DNA of 64,000 bases from an uncultured Gammaproteobacteria bacterium. GTDB taxonomy: Bacteria > Pseudomonadota > Gammaproteobacteria > JAADHQ01. The notes under the pieces were generated by a model, which saw only the letters and a program-made list of their open reading frames with translations, did no database searches and was not told the origin of the DNA. The stretch lies in NCBI GenBank assembly GCA_963807455.1, contig CAWECS010000005.1, positions 63,146-127,145 on the forward strand, read 5' to 3'. Positions 12,575 to 23,540 of this stretch are shown here, one piece after another. Position numbers and translations under genes: made by a program. Each line of letters opens with the position of its first letter. The first letter of the stretch is position 1.

Positions 12575-13108
12575 ATGTCCAGAATTGCGAAGAATCCAAT
12601 TAGTGTACCGAAGGGAGTTGAAATAAAACTCTCAGGTAAATCCGTAAACGTCAAAGGACCGAAAGGTCAGATGAATATGGAGTTGCACGGTAATGTTGAA
12701 ATGTCCCATGAAGGTAGCGAACTGATTTTCAAGCCTAGTGGAGATCATAAATCTGGCTGGGCCATGTCCGGCACCATGCGTTCCCTGGTGAGTAACATGG
12801 TCACCGGCGTCAGTGAAGGTTTTGAGAAAAAACTGCAACTGGTAGGTGTTGGATATCGTGCACAGGCCAAAGGTAAGGTGCTGAATCTTGCGTTAGGTTT
12901 TTCACATCCTGTCGATTACGAAGTACCGGAAGGTATTACCATCGATACGCCAAGCCAGACTGAAGTCGTGGTAAGCGGATGTGATAAGCAGAAAGTAGGA
13001 CAGGTTTCAGCAGAAATTCGTGCTTTCAGGCCACCTGAGCCTTACAAAGGCAAAGGTGTTAAATATGCGGATGAAACTATCATTCGTAAAGAAGCTAAGA
13101 AGAAGTAA
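12575..13108 (+). CDS. rplF: 50S ribosomal protein L6
   Basis: 177 aa, [16 protein letters not shown].. Confidence 0.96.
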   Translation: MSRIAKNPISVPKGVEIKLSGKSVNVKGPKGQMNMELHGNVEMSHEGSELIFKPSGDHKSGWAMSGTMRSLVSNMVTGVSEGFEKKLQLVGVGYRAQAKGKVLNLALGFSHPVDYEVPEGITIDTPSQTEVVVSGCDKQKVGQVSAEIRAFRPPEPYKGKGVKYADETIIRKEAKKK

Positions 13109-13124
13109 GGTAAGGGTGTAAGTG

Positions 13125-13478
13125 ATGGACAAGAAATCTGCACGAATCAGACGCTCACGCAAGTCCCGCAGCAAAATCAGGGAACTGGGTGCGGTACGTC
13201 TTTGTGTATATCGTACGCCACGCCATATCTATGCGCAGGTGATCTCGTCAACAGGTAGTGAAGTGCTCGCAAGCGCATCAACACTGGACAAGACCGTTCG
13301 CGCTGATGTTAAAAGCACAGGTAATGCAGATGCGGCGACGCAGGTAGGCAAGGCAATTGCTGAACGAGCAAAAGCAGCAGGCGTTACCAAAGTTGCATTC
13401 GATCGTTCCGGTTTTAAATATCATGGTCGAATTAAGGCCTTGGCAGATGCAGCGCGTGAAAACGGGCTAGAGTTTTAA
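13125..13478 (+). CDS. rplR: 50S ribosomal protein L18
   Basis: L18 ([10 protein letters not shown]..). The ORF track starts one codon earlier (13122, MM..); the second ATG matches E. coli MDKKSAR. Confidence 0.94.
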   Translation: MDKKSARIRRSRKSRSKIRELGAVRLCVYRTPRHIYAQVISSTGSEVLASASTLDKTVRADVKSTGNADAATQVGKAIAERAKAAGVTKVAFDRSGFKYHGRIKALADAARENGLEF

Positions 13479-13489
13479 GGGTAAATTGT

Positions 13490-13996
13490 ATGTCAGTAGC
13501 TGAAAATACAAGTTCAGGTGATGGATTATTAGAGAAACTGGTTGCCGTTAATCGTGTAGCAAAAGTTGTCAAGGGTGGTCGTATATTCGGCTTTACTGCC
13601 CTGACAGTGGTTGGCGATGGAAACGGTAAGATTGGCTTTGGCTACGGAAAGGCACGTGAAGTTCCTGTGGCTATCCAGAAGGCGATGGAAAAGGCACGTA
13701 AGAATATGAGGCAGGTCGCATTGAATAGCGGCACGCTGCAATATGATATTACATCCCGGCACGGCGCCAGTAAGGTCTTTATGAAGCCGGCCTCTGAAGG
13801 TACCGGTATTATCGCAGGTGGCGCGATGCGTGCTGTTTTTGAGGTGGTAGGTGTGCATAACGTACTTGCCAAATGTATTGGATCACGTAATCCGAATAAC
13901 GTTGTGCGTGCAACTATTCGTGGATTGACCGAAATGGCCTCTCCAGAAAGTGTTGCTGCTAAACGCGGTAAAAGTGTTAAAGATATCGTGAGTTAA
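13490..13996 (+). CDS. rpsE: 30S ribosomal protein S5
   Basis: 168 aa, ..[43 protein letters not shown].. Confidence 0.97.
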   Translation: MSVAENTSSGDGLLEKLVAVNRVAKVVKGGRIFGFTALTVVGDGNGKIGFGYGKAREVPVAIQKAMEKARKNMRQVALNSGTLQYDITSRHGASKVFMKPASEGTGIIAGGAMRAVFEVVGVHNVLAKCIGSRNPNNVVRATIRGLTEMASPESVAAKRGKSVKDIVS

Positions 13997-13999
13997 ACC

Positions 14000-14185
14000 A
14001 TGGCTGAGCAAAAAATAAAAGTAACATTGGTTAAAAGCATGCATGGGCGCATCAAAAGCCACCAGGCTTGTGTCAGAGGTCTTGGTCTACGGAAAATTCG
14101 TCAGTCTGTAATGGTTGATGGAACACCTGAGAATCGAGGCATGATTAACAAAGCCTACTATATGCTTAAGGTGGAGGAAGCCTGA
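14000..14185 (+). CDS. rpmD: 50S ribosomal protein L30
   Basis: 61 aa, [17 protein letters not shown].. Confidence 0.93.
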   Translation: MAEQKIKVTLVKSMHGRIKSHQACVRGLGLRKIRQSVMVDGTPENRGMINKAYYMLKVEEA

Positions 14186-14186
14186 T

Positions 14187-14621
14187 ATGCGTCTTAATAC
14201 ACTCAAGCCTGCTGAAGGCAGTAAAACTGATGCAAAACGCGTGGGCCGTGGAATGGGTTCAGGACTGGGTAAGACCTGTGGTCGTGGACACAAGGGTCAG
14301 AAGTCTCGATCCGGCGGTTTCTCCAAAGTCGGTTTTGAAGGCGGCCAGATGCCATTGCAAAGACGTTTACCTAAAATAGGTTTTCGTTCACGCAAAGCAA
14401 AACGTACAGACGAGATTCGCCTGTCTGAGTTACACCTGGTTGAAGGTGGTGTCATTGACATGTTGTCACTGACAAAAGCGAAACTGATTACAGATCGTAT
14501 TGTTCGAGTCAAAATTATAGATTCTGGCAAGTTAGAACAGGCGGTTACGGTTAAAGGTGTGGCTGTCACTAAAGGTGCTCGAGCTGCGATAGAGGCTGCT
14601 GGCGGCAAGGTAGAAGATTAA
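14187..14621 (+). CDS. rplO: 50S ribosomal protein L15
   Basis: 144 aa, [26 protein letters not shown].. Confidence 0.96.
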   Translation: MRLNTLKPAEGSKTDAKRVGRGMGSGLGKTCGRGHKGQKSRSGGFSKVGFEGGQMPLQRRLPKIGFRSRKAKRTDEIRLSELHLVEGGVIDMLSLTKAKLITDRIVRVKIIDSGKLEQAVTVKGVAVTKGARAAIEAAGGKVED

Positions 14622-14622
14622 G

Positions 14623-15966
14623 TTGGCTAAAGCAGGCGCTAATTTGCCAGGTGGACTTGGCGGTGCAACACAGGTAAAAGAACTGCGTAAGCGTTTGTTA
14701 TTTGTATTGGGCGCATTGTTTGTATTTCGTGCCGGTACGTTTATAACCGTACCTGGCCTGAACCCGGTTGAGCTGGCCCAGCTGTTTGAGTCACAGCGAA
14801 ATACCATTTTGGGAATGTTTAACATGTTCTCAGGTGGAGCGCTGGAGCGCTTGTCTATATTCGCGCTGGGTATTATGCCTTATATATCTGCATCCATTAT
14901 TATGCAGTTATTGACGGTGGTGATTCCTTCTTTGGAAGCGATGAAAAAAGAAGGTGAAGCCGGTCGTAGAAAGATTACGCAATACACACGCTATGGCACG
15001 GTGGTGTTGGCTACTTTTCAGGCACTCGGCGTTGCTGTTGGCCTCAGTAGGCAGCCAGGGCTGGTCACTATAGATCCAGGTAGTTTTTACTTTACTACCG
15101 TTATTATTCTGGTGACAGGTACCATGTTCCTGATGTGGTTGGGAGAGCAGATTACCGAGCGTGGTATCGGCAATGGTATATCCATGCTGATTTTTGCCGG
15201 GATAATTGCCGGCCTGCCAAGCGCAATAGGTACAACGCTGGAACTGGCCAATACCGGCGAAATGAGTATTTTTATGGTGCTGATAATATTCATGCTAACC
15301 ATAGCAGTCACGGCATTTGTAATTTTTGTCGAACGAGGTCAGCGCAGAATAACGGTTAATTACGCAAAGCGCATGCAGGGCCGTAAAATGTATGCGGCAC
15401 AAAGCAGTCATTTGCCATTGAAGTTGAATATGTCAGGTGTTATTCCACCGATATTTGCTTCCAGTCTGATTTTGTTCCCTGCCACCATGGGTAAATGGGT
15501 GGGTGATAGCTCGGAAGGTATGCAGTGGTTAGGTGATTTCGCCCAGTTACTGTCACCTGGTCAGCCATTATATGTGCTTGTTTATGCCATGCTGATTATA
15601 TTTTTCTGCTTTTTTTATACTGCGCTGGTATTTAATTCGCGTGAAACGGCAGAAAACCTCAAGAAATCTGGTGCATTTATACCGGGTATTCGTCCAGGTG
15701 AGCAGACAGCCAGGTATATTGATGGTGTTTTGTCCAAGCTGACTATGGCAGGTGCAATTTACATAACATCGGTGTGTTTATTGCCGGAGTTTTTGATTCT
15801 TTACTGGGATGTGCCATTTTACTTTGGTGGTACATCTTTGTTGATTATTGTTGTTGTCGTGATGGATTTCATGGCGCAAATGCAGGCCCATATGATGTCG
15901 CAGCAATACGAAGGGCTAATGAAAAAGGCCAATCTGAAGGGTTATGGTCGGTCAGGCCTGCAATAG
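14623..15966 (+). CDS. secY: Preprotein translocase subunit SecY
   Basis: 447 aa with a TTG start directly after the rplO stop. Aligns along its full length with E. coli SecY ([19 protein letters not shown].., ..[21 protein letters not shown]..). Confidence 0.95.
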   Translation: MAKAGANLPGGLGGATQVKELRKRLLFVLGALFVFRAGTFITVPGLNPVELAQLFESQRNTILGMFNMFSGGALERLSIFALGIMPYISASIIMQLLTVVIPSLEAMKKEGEAGRRKITQYTRYGTVVLATFQALGVAVGLSRQPGLVTIDPGSFYFTTVIILVTGTMFLMWLGEQITERGIGNGISMLIFAGIIAGLPSAIGTTLELANTGEMSIFMVLIIFMLTIAVTAFVIFVERGQRRITVNYAKRMQGRKMYAAQSSHLPLKLNMSGVIPPIFASSLILFPATMGKWVGDSSEGMQWLGDFAQLLSPGQPLYVLVYAMLIIFFCFFYTALVFNSRETAENLKKSGAFIPGIRPGEQTARYIDGVLSKLTMAGAIYITSVCLLPEFLILYWDVPFYFGGTSLLIIVVVVMDFMAQMQAHMMSQQYEGLMKKANLKGYGRSGLQ

Positions 15967-16027
15967 ATTAATTTTTAAAATCAAAGCGTTACCTGTGTTT
16001 CGCGGTTATTTTTAGTGGAGTAGGCAA

Positions 16028-16141
16028 ATGAAAGTTCGCGCATCAGTCAAAAAAATGTGTCGTAACTGCAAGATTGTTCGTCGTAATGGTGTCGTGCGGG
16101 TAATCTGTAAAGAACCTCGCCATAAACAGCGCCAGGGTTAG
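16028..16141 (+). CDS. rpmJ: 50S ribosomal protein L36 (zinc-ribbon form)
   Basis: A 37-aa ORF ([37 protein letters not shown]) that is too short for the ORF track. It has the C-x2-C..C-x4-H zinc motif and lies between secY and rpsM as expected. Confidence 0.92.
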   Translation: MKVRASVKKMCRNCKIVRRNGVVRVICKEPRHKQRQG

Positions 16142-16236
16142 ACGAAGATTATTTATTTTTAGACAGTTTTAGGATATCATGTCGCGTTTGCCGGATTCGG
16201 ATCCGGTTATTGCGTTTGTGCAAGAGGAAGATTTGA

Positions 16237-16593
16237 ATGGCTCGTATATCAGGAATTAATATTCCAGACCATAAGCATGCAGTGATCTCACTGACATCAA
16301 TCTACGGGATTGGCAGTACACGTGCCAAGGCTATTTGTGAGGCAACCGGTATCGGTACGTCGACAAAAATTGCTCAGCTGGATGAAGCTGATCTGGAAAA
16401 ACTGCGTACTGAAATCGGCAAATACGTTGTTGAAGGTGATTTGCGTCGTGAAGTCACCATGAACATCAAACGATTGATGGATCTGGGTTGCTATCGAGGA
16501 ATACGTCATCGTCGTGGATTGCCATTGCGTGGTCAGCGTACCAAGACCAATGCCCGTACACGGAAAGGGCCACGTAAGCCCATCAAGCGCTAG
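16237..16593 (+). CDS. rpsM: 30S ribosomal protein S13
   Basis: 118 aa, [14 protein letters not shown].. Confidence 0.97.
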   Translation: MARISGINIPDHKHAVISLTSIYGIGSTRAKAICEATGIGTSTKIAQLDEADLEKLRTEIGKYVVEGDLRREVTMNIKRLMDLGCYRGIRHRRGLPLRGQRTKTNARTRKGPRKPIKR

Positions 16594-16634
16594 TCGTTTT
16601 ATTTAGAATTTAAGTTTATTTAGGTAATTAGGAT

Positions 16635-17015
16635 ATGGCAAAGCCAGCAGCACGTAAAAAGAAGATTAATGTATCCGATGGGGTCGCCCATATACATGCT
16701 TCTTTTAACAATACTATAGTTACTATCACAGATCGTCAGGGTAATACGTTGTCCTGGGCGACCGCCGGTGGTTCTGGATTCCGAGGTTCTCGCAAGAGCA
16801 CGCCGTTTGCAGCGCAGGTTGCTGCTGAGCGCGCCGGCAAGGTTGCTCAGGAATATGGAATGAAAAATGTCGAGGTGATGGTCAAGGGTCCGGGTCCCGG
16901 GCGTGAATCTGCAGTCAGAGCACTTAATGCGCTGGGCTTCAAAATCACTAACATTACCGATGTTACCCCCATTCCACATAATGGTTGTCGCCCACCTAAA
17001 CGGCGCAGAGTTTAA
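16635..17015 (+). CDS. rpsK: 30S ribosomal protein S11
   Basis: 126 aa, ..[22 protein letters not shown].. Confidence 0.96.
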   Translation: MAKPAARKKKINVSDGVAHIHASFNNTIVTITDRQGNTLSWATAGGSGFRGSRKSTPFAAQVAAERAGKVAQEYGMKNVEVMVKGPGPGRESAVRALNALGFKITNITDVTPIPHNGCRPPKRRRV

Positions 17016-17030
17016 TTCTGGAGGTTATCA

Positions 17031-17657
17031 GTGGCTAGATATATTGGTCCAAAGTGCCGTTTGTGTCGTAGAGAAGGTACCAAACTGTTCTTGAAAGGAG
17101 AGAAATGTTTCTCCTCGAAATGTGCTATAGAAAATCGTCCTACTCCTCCTGGAGTACACGGTGCCCGGCGTACACGTCTGTCTGATTACGCGGTACAGTT
17201 GCGTGAGAAGCAGAAGTTACGTCGTACCTATGGTGTTCTGGAACGCAAATTCCGAACTTACTATAAGGAAGCCGCACGTTTGAAAGGTTCGACCGGTGAA
17301 AACCTGTTGCAACTGCTTGAAAGCCGTCTGGATAATGTCGTCTATCGTATGGGTTTCGCTGCATCCAGAGATGAAGCAAGACAGCTGGTTCGCCATAAAA
17401 GCATCGAAGTCAATGGCAGAAAAGTGAATGTACCTTCCTATCAGTTGCAAGGTGACGATGTTGTCTCTGTGACTGAAAATGGCCGTAAGCAAGGTCGAAT
17501 TCAAGGTGCACTGGATATGTCCCAGCAGCGCGGTATTTCTGGCTGGATTGATGTTGATGCGAAGAAGATGACAGGGGTGTTTAAATCAGCACCAGAAAGA
17601 AGTGATCTTCCTTCAGATATCAATGAACATTTAGTTGTTGAACTTTACTCAAAATAA
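17031..17657 (+). CDS. rpsD: 30S ribosomal protein S4 (cysteine-containing zinc-ribbon-type N-terminus)
   Basis: 208 aa with a GTG start and a GGAGG Shine-Dalgarno at 17020-17024. S4 sequence; N-terminus [31 protein letters not shown] carries a C-x2-C ... C-x4-C motif. Confidence 0.95.
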   Translation: MARYIGPKCRLCRREGTKLFLKGEKCFSSKCAIENRPTPPGVHGARRTRLSDYAVQLREKQKLRRTYGVLERKFRTYYKEAARLKGSTGENLLQLLESRLDNVVYRMGFAASRDEARQLVRHKSIEVNGRKVNVPSYQLQGDDVVSVTENGRKQGRIQGALDMSQQRGISGWIDVDAKKMTGVFKSAPERSDLPSDINEHLVVELYSK

Positions 17658-17676
17658 GTAATAGAGAGGGTAATCC

Positions 17677-18681
17677 ATGCAGGGTTTCGTTACAGATTTG
17701 CTTAAGCCACGTGTGGTGGATGTACAGGTTACCGACGAGCGCAGAGCCAAGGTCACGTTGGAGCCTTTGGAACGCGGTTTTGGTCATACTTTAGGTAATG
17801 CCTTGCGCAGGATCCTGTTATCTTCTCTCCCTGGTTGTGCTGTTGTAGAGGCACAAATTGAGGGGGTCTTGCATGAGTACACGGCGATTGAAGGTGTACA
17901 GGAAGATGTCATTGAAATCCTGTTGAACCTGAAAGGTCTTGCCATTGTCATGCATGCACGTGATGAAGCTACACTGACTTTGCGAAAAAAAGGTCAGGGA
18001 CCCGTTCTTGCCAGTGATATTACTCTGGACCATGATGTCGAAATCATCAACCCGGATCATATTCTTGCTAACCTGACTCAGGAAGGCGAGCTGAACATGA
18101 CGCTGAAGATTGAGCGTGGTCGTGGTTACGTTCCTGCTAACATCAGAGCCAAGACACTTGAAAGTCGACCTATAGGCCAGCTGTTACTGGATGCTACTTT
18201 CAGCCCTGTCTATCGTATAACCTATAATGTCGAAAGTGCTCGTGTTGAACAGCGTACTGACCTGGACAAACTTATTATCGGTATCGAAACCAATGGTACT
18301 GTTGATCCAGAAGAAGCCATTCGACAAGCTGCCGGCATATTACAATCACAGTTGGCCGTATTTGTTGACTTGACAGGTAATGACGTTGAGCAGCCGGAAG
18401 AGAGAGAATCAGAAATTGATCCTATTCTTCTGCGTCCAGTGGATGATCTGGAATTGACTGTTCGCTCAGCCAATTGCCTGAAGGCAGAGAGCATTTATTA
18501 CATTGGTGACCTCATACAGCGTACAGAAGTTGAATTGCTGAAAACCCCTAATCTGGGTAAGAAGTCACTGACCGAGATTAAAGACGTGCTTGCCTCGCAT
18601 GGTCTGTCTCTGGGAATGCGTCTCGAAAACTGGCCACCAGCCAGCTTGCGAGAAAAAGAAAATGAGACTGCTATCGTATAA
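17677..18681 (+). CDS. rpoA: DNA-directed RNA polymerase subunit alpha
   Basis: 334 aa, [12 protein letters not shown].. with N-terminal dimerisation and C-terminal alpha-CTD regions. Confidence 0.97.
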   Translation: MQGFVTDLLKPRVVDVQVTDERRAKVTLEPLERGFGHTLGNALRRILLSSLPGCAVVEAQIEGVLHEYTAIEGVQEDVIEILLNLKGLAIVMHARDEATLTLRKKGQGPVLASDITLDHDVEIINPDHILANLTQEGELNMTLKIERGRGYVPANIRAKTLESRPIGQLLLDATFSPVYRITYNVESARVEQRTDLDKLIIGIETNGTVDPEEAIRQAAGILQSQLAVFVDLTGNDVEQPEERESEIDPILLRPVDDLELTVRSANCLKAESIYYIGDLIQRTEVELLKTPNLGKKSLTEIKDVLASHGLSLGMRLENWPPASLREKENETAIV

Positions 18682-18728
18682 TAGCGGTTAAGTAGATTTA
18701 CTAATTAATAGAATTCAGGGTTTTAGTC

Positions 18729-19112
18729 ATGCGTCATCATAATTCAGGCCGACAGTTAAATCGGAATAGCAGCCACAGAACGGCTATGTTTCGAAATATG
18801 TCTTCATCCTTATTTCGTCATGAAATCATTCGTACCACGCTGGCCAAGGCAAAAGAATTGCGTCGTGTGGCTGAGCCAATGATCACCACGGCTAAAACAG
18901 ACAGTGTTGCTAATCGTCGTCTGGTTTTTTCGAGATTGCGTGATAAGGAAATGGTTGGCAAGTTGTTTGCAGAGCTAGGTCCTCGATATGAGTCACGTCC
19001 AGGTGGCTATATCCGCATACTTAAATGTGGTCATCGTCCTGGTGATGCAGCGCCCATGGCTTATGTGGAGCTGGTTGATCGACCCATTACTGAAGACTCG
19101 GATGACGAGTAA
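18729..19112 (+). CDS. rplQ: 50S ribosomal protein L17
   Basis: 127 aa, [17 protein letters not shown].. Confidence 0.96.
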   Translation: MRHHNSGRQLNRNSSHRTAMFRNMSSSLFRHEIIRTTLAKAKELRRVAEPMITTAKTDSVANRRLVFSRLRDKEMVGKLFAELGPRYESRPGGYIRILKCGHRPGDAAPMAYVELVDRPITEDSDDE

Positions 19113-19130
19113 CTGAAAACATTCTAATCA

Positions 19131-19156
19131 AGCCGGGTTTCCCCGGCTTTTTTTAT
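19131..19156 (+). terminator. Rho-independent terminator of the alpha operon
   Basis: AGCCGGG (19131-19137), a short loop, CCCCGGCT (19141-19148), then a T8 run. Confidence 0.75.
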
Positions 19157-19279
19157 GTCTTTAAATTGAGTGTATTGGTGTTTCATGCAGTGACCAGATA
19201 GTTAAGTCGTTATATCAGCAAAAGCTATCCACTGAGTTCTGCTGTACATCAGTATCCCGCAGGTCTATATTTCAAGCCT

Positions 19280-20017
19280 ATGAATGAAACGACAATGATT
19301 GTGCTGTTTACTGATTTTGGTATTCAGGATCCCTATGTGGGGCAGCTCAAGTCTGTACTCACACAGAATGCTCCGCAAATACCCGTCATTGATCTGTTGC
19401 ATCAGGTGCCGGATTACGATATTCGTGCTGCATCCTATTTGCTGCCTGCCTATGTCGAGGAATTTCCGCTGAATAGTATTTTTGTTTGTGTCGTCGACCC
19501 AGGTGTCGGTGGTCCACGTCAGGCCTGTGTAGCACAAATAGATGGTCGTTGGTTTGTGGGGCCAGATAATGGTTTGCTTTCTGTATTACAGCGACGATCA
19601 AGTCAGGTGAGATGGTGGAAAATAGCTGCTCCAGTTGATCCGATCTCAGCAAGTTTTCATGGTCGGGATATATTTGCACCTGTGGCTGCTAAACTGAGTC
19701 AGGGTGATTTATCAGGGCTGCAAGCAGTGAAGCCGCCGCGACCACAGAGTGAATGGCCTGATGACCTGTGCGAGATTGTGTATATCGATCATTACGGAAA
19801 TCTGATTAGTGGCTTCCGGTTTTCGCAGTTGCCCGGAGGCTGCAGGCTGCAGTTTAAAGGTGATAGTTTGCCTGCCGCACGCACATTTTCTGATGTTGAT
19901 GAAGGCAAAGCCTTTTACTATCAGAATGCAAATGGTTTGCTTGAGATAGCGGTAAACAAGGGCAATGCCAAATCTATGTTTAGCGCCATACCCGGGGATA
20001 GCTTTACTCTATCATGA
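19280..20017 (+). CDS. SAM hydrolase / SAM-dependent halogenase family protein (S-adenosyl-L-methionine hydroxide adenosyltransferase-like, DUF62)
   Basis: 245 aa. The N-terminal LFTDFGIQDPYVGQLKSVL and ..VCVVDPGVGG.. match the conserved DUF62 / fluorinase-like family signature. Confidence 0.7.
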   Translation: MNETTMIVLFTDFGIQDPYVGQLKSVLTQNAPQIPVIDLLHQVPDYDIRAASYLLPAYVEEFPLNSIFVCVVDPGVGGPRQACVAQIDGRWFVGPDNGLLSVLQRRSSQVRWWKIAAPVDPISASFHGRDIFAPVAAKLSQGDLSGLQAVKPPRPQSEWPDDLCEIVYIDHYGNLISGFRFSQLPGGCRLQFKGDSLPAARTFSDVDEGKAFYYQNANGLLEIAVNKGNAKSMFSAIPGDSFTLS

Positions 20018-20156
20018 CTTGTATTTGTAAAATTCGCCTTCGCAAATTTTCGCGAACAGCCAGCATGGAATAGTCGTTCGATGGCAATAAAACGACTTGG
20101 ATTGAGTGTTTATGCTAAATGAGAAAACTTATTTGTATGGGATATACTTTACGTAG

Positions 20157-20792
20157 TTAACGTGTGCCAAAGACTACCATGGTTTTACCACTGACAGAGA
20201 TCAAACCTTGTTCTTCAAGGTTTTTCAGCACGCGCCCTACCATTTCACGAGAACAGCCGACGATCCGGCCTATTTCCTGTCTGGTGATTCTGATTTGCAT
20301 GCCATCAGGATGGGTCATGGCATCGGGCTCCTTGCATAGATCGAGCAAAGTTCTGGCGATCCGGCCGGTAACGTCAAGGAAGGCAAGGTCACTGACTTTG
20401 CGGCTAGTCTTTCTTAGTCGCATTGCCATTTGTGAGGCCAATTCAAATAAGATTTCCGGGTCTTCGTTGGCGAGCTGGCGATATCTTTCGTAACTGATTT
20501 CAGCGAGTTCACAGCTAACCTTGGTCTTGATCCAGGCACTACGCGTCTGATCCTGAAATAGGCCCATTTCGCCGAAAAAATCCCCTTTATTAAGGTATGC
20601 CAACACAATTTCACGGCCATCAGAGTCCTCGATAAGTACACTGACCGAACCTTCAATGATGTAATAGAGCACATCAGGCTTATCACCAGCATGGATAATC
20701 ACGCTTTTTGCGGCATATTTACGGGTATGGCAATGCGACAGAAAGCGTTCAATGACCGGATTTGGGCTTTTTGGTATCGGTAATTTAGCCAT
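20157..20792 (-). CDS. crp: cAMP receptor protein (CRP/FNR family transcriptional regulator)
   Basis: Near-identical to E. coli CRP over the cNMP-binding domain and the HTH ([20 protein letters not shown]). Start set at the internal ATG 20792 (MAKLPIPK.., GGA Shine-Dalgarno upstream), which gives 211 aa against 210 aa in E. coli. The ORF track extends to 20846. Confidence 0.93.
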   Translation of the reverse strand: MAKLPIPKSPNPVIERFLSHCHTRKYAAKSVIIHAGDKPDVLYYIIEGSVSVLIEDSDGREIVLAYLNKGDFFGEMGLFQDQTRSAWIKTKVSCELAEISYERYRQLANEDPEILFELASQMAMRLRKTSRKVSDLAFLDVTGRIARTLLDLCKEPDAMTHPDGMQIRITRQEIGRIVGCSREMVGRVLKNLEEQGLISVSGKTMVVFGTR

Positions 20793-21037
20793 GTGTTCAG
20801 ATAATTCCTTTTTTATGCTGCTGCTGTTTATATGCCTGGCGTACATAGTTTGGCAATGTCATGCTGCTTTAGTTCATCTAAAACACACGAATTTCTCGGT
20901 AGTTAACCATGCTGTTCTTGTAAACCTGCCGTATAATACTACGTTAACGGTTGTTTTTGCCAAGACTTGAGGCCAAAAAAGGCCTGCTGGTATATACAAT
21001 CTGATAAATGGTAGTTTGTCGGGGAGACAGATATTCA

Positions 21038-21460
21038 ATGAAAGCAAGGATCAAATGGGTAGAAGAGGTAAAATTTCTTGGTGAAACCGCCAGCGGCCAC
21101 GCTTTGTTGATGGATGGTCCGGTTGAAAGTGGTGGCCAGAACCTGGGTCCCAGACCGATGGAGATGCTATTGCTGGGTATGGGTGGTTGCACTGCTTTTG
21201 ATGTGGTCACCATGCTGAAAAAATCGCGTCAACAAGTGCATGACTGTGTAGTAGAATTATCTGCTGAACGGGCAGACGAGGTGCCTAAAGTATTTACTCG
21301 CATACATGCTCATTTTATTGTTTCCGGTAAAGGTCTCAAGGAAAGCCATATTGAGCGAGCCATCTCCCTTTCAGCGGAAAAATATTGTTCGGCATCTATT
21401 ATGCTGGGGCAGATGGCTGAAATTAGTCATGATTATGAAGTCATTGAAACTGAAGCCTAG
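21038..21460 (+). CDS. OsmC/Ohr family protein (peroxiredoxin-like)
   Basis: OsmC-family motifs (..GPRPMEMLLLGMGGCTAFDV..). Start taken at the ATG at 21038, which has a GGAGA Shine-Dalgarno. The ORF track begins at 21008. Confidence 0.7.
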   Translation: MKARIKWVEEVKFLGETASGHALLMDGPVESGGQNLGPRPMEMLLLGMGGCTAFDVVTMLKKSRQQVHDCVVELSAERADEVPKVFTRIHAHFIVSGKGLKESHIERAISLSAEKYCSASIMLGQMAEISHDYEVIETEA

Positions 21461-21500
21461 TGCCCAGAGTTAAGTAGTAGAAAAGCTAGAAGGAAACAGA

Positions 21501-21893
21501 GTGAAACAACCCGAACCCACCACAGGAATGCGCCATCTTGCATTGACGGTGCAAGATCTCGAAGCGGCTGAAAAATTTTACGTCGGACTGATGGGTATGT
21601 CGGTGGAATGGCGTCCCGATGTAGATAATGTTTATTTAACTTCCGGTAATGACAACCTGGCGCTGCATCGAGGCAAGCCAGGCTTTAATCCACATGGCGA
21701 TCAGTCCCTGGATCACCTTGGATTCATCCTTAAGCGAGCGGATGATGTCGATGACTGGTATCAGTTTTTACTGTCCGCAGGCGTAGAGATGTTGACACAG
21801 GCTAAAACGCATCGCGATGGCGCGCGCAGTTTTTACTGTAAGGACCCTGCTGGCAATACCGTTCAGATAATCTATCATCCTCCATTAGCCTAA
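21501..21893 (+). CDS. VOC family protein (glyoxalase / bleomycin resistance / dioxygenase fold)
   Basis: 130 aa, ..[24 protein letters not shown].. is a typical VOC N-terminus. The GTG start is uncertain; an alternative ATG lies at 21528. Confidence 0.65.
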   Translation: MKQPEPTTGMRHLALTVQDLEAAEKFYVGLMGMSVEWRPDVDNVYLTSGNDNLALHRGKPGFNPHGDQSLDHLGFILKRADDVDDWYQFLLSAGVEMLTQAKTHRDGARSFYCKDPAGNTVQIIYHPPLA

Positions 21894-21910
21894 TCGTCAG
21901 GAGAATCTCA

Positions 21911-22717
21911 TTGGCAAGATCAAAGAAACTGAAACTGCATGGTTTCAATAATCTGACGAAAACTCTAAGTTTTAATATCTATGATATTTGTTATGCCGAA
22001 AATGCCAAGCATAAACAGGAATACATTGAGTATATTGATGAGGAGTATAATGCCGACAGGTTAACTAAGATACTCATGGATGTATCCAATATAATCGGTG
22101 CCAATATACTGAATATTGCACATCAGGATTATGATCCACAGGGCGCCAGTGTGACCATGTTAATATCCGAAGAGCCGGTGACTTCGCAGGAGTTATCCAA
22201 TACGGAATCCCCGGGGCCATTACCCGAGGCGGTGGTCTCTCATCTGGATAAGAGCCATATCACCGTACATACCTATCCGGAAAGTCATCCCGACCATGGT
22301 ATTAGTACCTTTCGTGCAGATATTGATGTCTCTACCTGTGGGCGAGTCTCACCCCTGAAGGCATTGAACTATCTTATCCATAGTCTGGAGTCAGATATTG
22401 TGATTATGGATTATCGTGTGCGTGGTTTTACGCGTGATACCCGCGGTAAAAAACATTTCATTGATCATAATATTAATTCCATTCAGAACTTCCTGCCACG
22501 GGATATCCTGCAAATGTATTCCATGATGGATGTTAATGTTTATCAGGAATATATTTTTCATACAAAAATGATGCTAAAGGAATTTGATATCAATCGTTAC
22601 CTGTTTGGTTCCGGCGTGGATGATTTTAGCGATAAGGAAAAGAAACGTATATCAGGTCTATTGCAGCATGAAATGGCAGAAATATTTTATGGCATGAATA
22701 TGGCGAAGGGCAGGTAA
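21911..22717 (+). CDS. speD: S-adenosylmethionine decarboxylase proenzyme
   Basis: 268 aa. Aligns with E. coli SpeD over its whole length ([44 protein letters not shown]..). TTG start. Confidence 0.92.
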   Translation: MARSKKLKLHGFNNLTKTLSFNIYDICYAENAKHKQEYIEYIDEEYNADRLTKILMDVSNIIGANILNIAHQDYDPQGASVTMLISEEPVTSQELSNTESPGPLPEAVVSHLDKSHITVHTYPESHPDHGISTFRADIDVSTCGRVSPLKALNYLIHSLESDIVIMDYRVRGFTRDTRGKKHFIDHNINSIQNFLPRDILQMYSMMDVNVYQEYIFHTKMMLKEFDINRYLFGSGVDDFSDKEKKRISGLLQHEMAEIFYGMNMAKGR

Positions 22718-22755
22718 AAGAGCAAAGATACAAGGGTAAAGAAAAAGTTCTGGCG

Positions 22756-23400
22756 CTATATTCGGTAGGCAATCGTGGTCATGATTTTAGAAGTCAGGCC
22801 CATTATTTTCTTGATGGGTGAGGGCAACTCGGCACCACCTGCGTTGAGAGCAGTCATGCGATGTTGTTCTTCATCGGTTTTCATTTGCTTCAAAATTGCC
22901 TGACTACGTAAATCCTGTTCAGGTAATTGTTTTAAGTGTCCGTCCAGGTGGCTGACTACCTGTCTTTCGGTCTCTGCAACAAAACCCAGGCTCCATTTGT
23001 CACCAATTAACCCTGCGGTTGCACCGATTGCAAATGAGCCCGCATACCAGAGAGGGTTCAAATAACTGCTGTGACTACCCAGTTCTTGCAGTCGGGCGTC
23101 ACACCAGTTCAGGTGATCATTTTCTTCCATTGCGGCCCGCTCCATATTGTCACGTACCTTGGGTAATTTTGCCGTCAAGGCTTGCCCCTGATACAGGGCC
23201 TGCGCACAAACCTCGCCAGTATGGTTGACTCTCATCAAGCCGGCGATATGAGGTACATCACTTTCCTGAAGTGGCGATTCTTCAATGTTTTCTGCCGGAT
23301 TAGGACGATCGGTACTTTCAGGTTTGCCGAAAAGGGTGCGCACGGCCTTGTCCAGGTTGATCAATAGCTGGTCAGCAGGGCTGTAATGTCTTTGAGTCAT
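22756..23400 (-). CDS. coq7: Demethoxyubiquinone hydroxylase (Coq7 family di-iron enzyme)
   Basis: Coq7 signatures (..RVNHTGEVCAQALYQGQ.., the ExxH di-iron ligands). Start taken at MTQRHYS (ATG 23400). The ORF track extends to 23436. Confidence 0.85.
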   Translation of the reverse strand: MTQRHYSPADQLLINLDKAVRTLFGKPESTDRPNPAENIEESPLQESDVPHIAGLMRVNHTGEVCAQALYQGQALTAKLPKVRDNMERAAMEENDHLNWCDARLQELGSHSSYLNPLWYAGSFAIGATAGLIGDKWSLGFVAETERQVVSHLDGHLKQLPEQDLRSQAILKQMKTDEEQHRMTALNAGGAELPSPIKKIMGLTSKIMTTIAYRI

Positions 23401-23540
23401 GAGATCAAAGATACAAGAATAAAAAAGCAGATACAAGATAAAAAAATGACAAAGAAAATCAAGCCTCCATCACTGTAAACGACCTATTCTATTTTATCTT
23501 TAAACTTGTATCTTGTATCTTGTTTCAGTATCTTTGTTCT

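Noticed and set aside
16142-16236. Hairpin GCCGGATTCGGATCCGGT in the rpmJ-rpsM gap as a possible S4 autoregulatory pseudoknot
   Set aside because: It is a plausible alpha-operon leader structure, but a pseudoknot cannot be established by eye, so it was not promoted to a feature.
20018-20156. Short palindromes (TTCGC-N8-GCGAA) between the convergent DUF62 gene and crp
   Set aside because: The stems are only 5 bp with no T-tract. This is insufficient to call a terminator or an operator.
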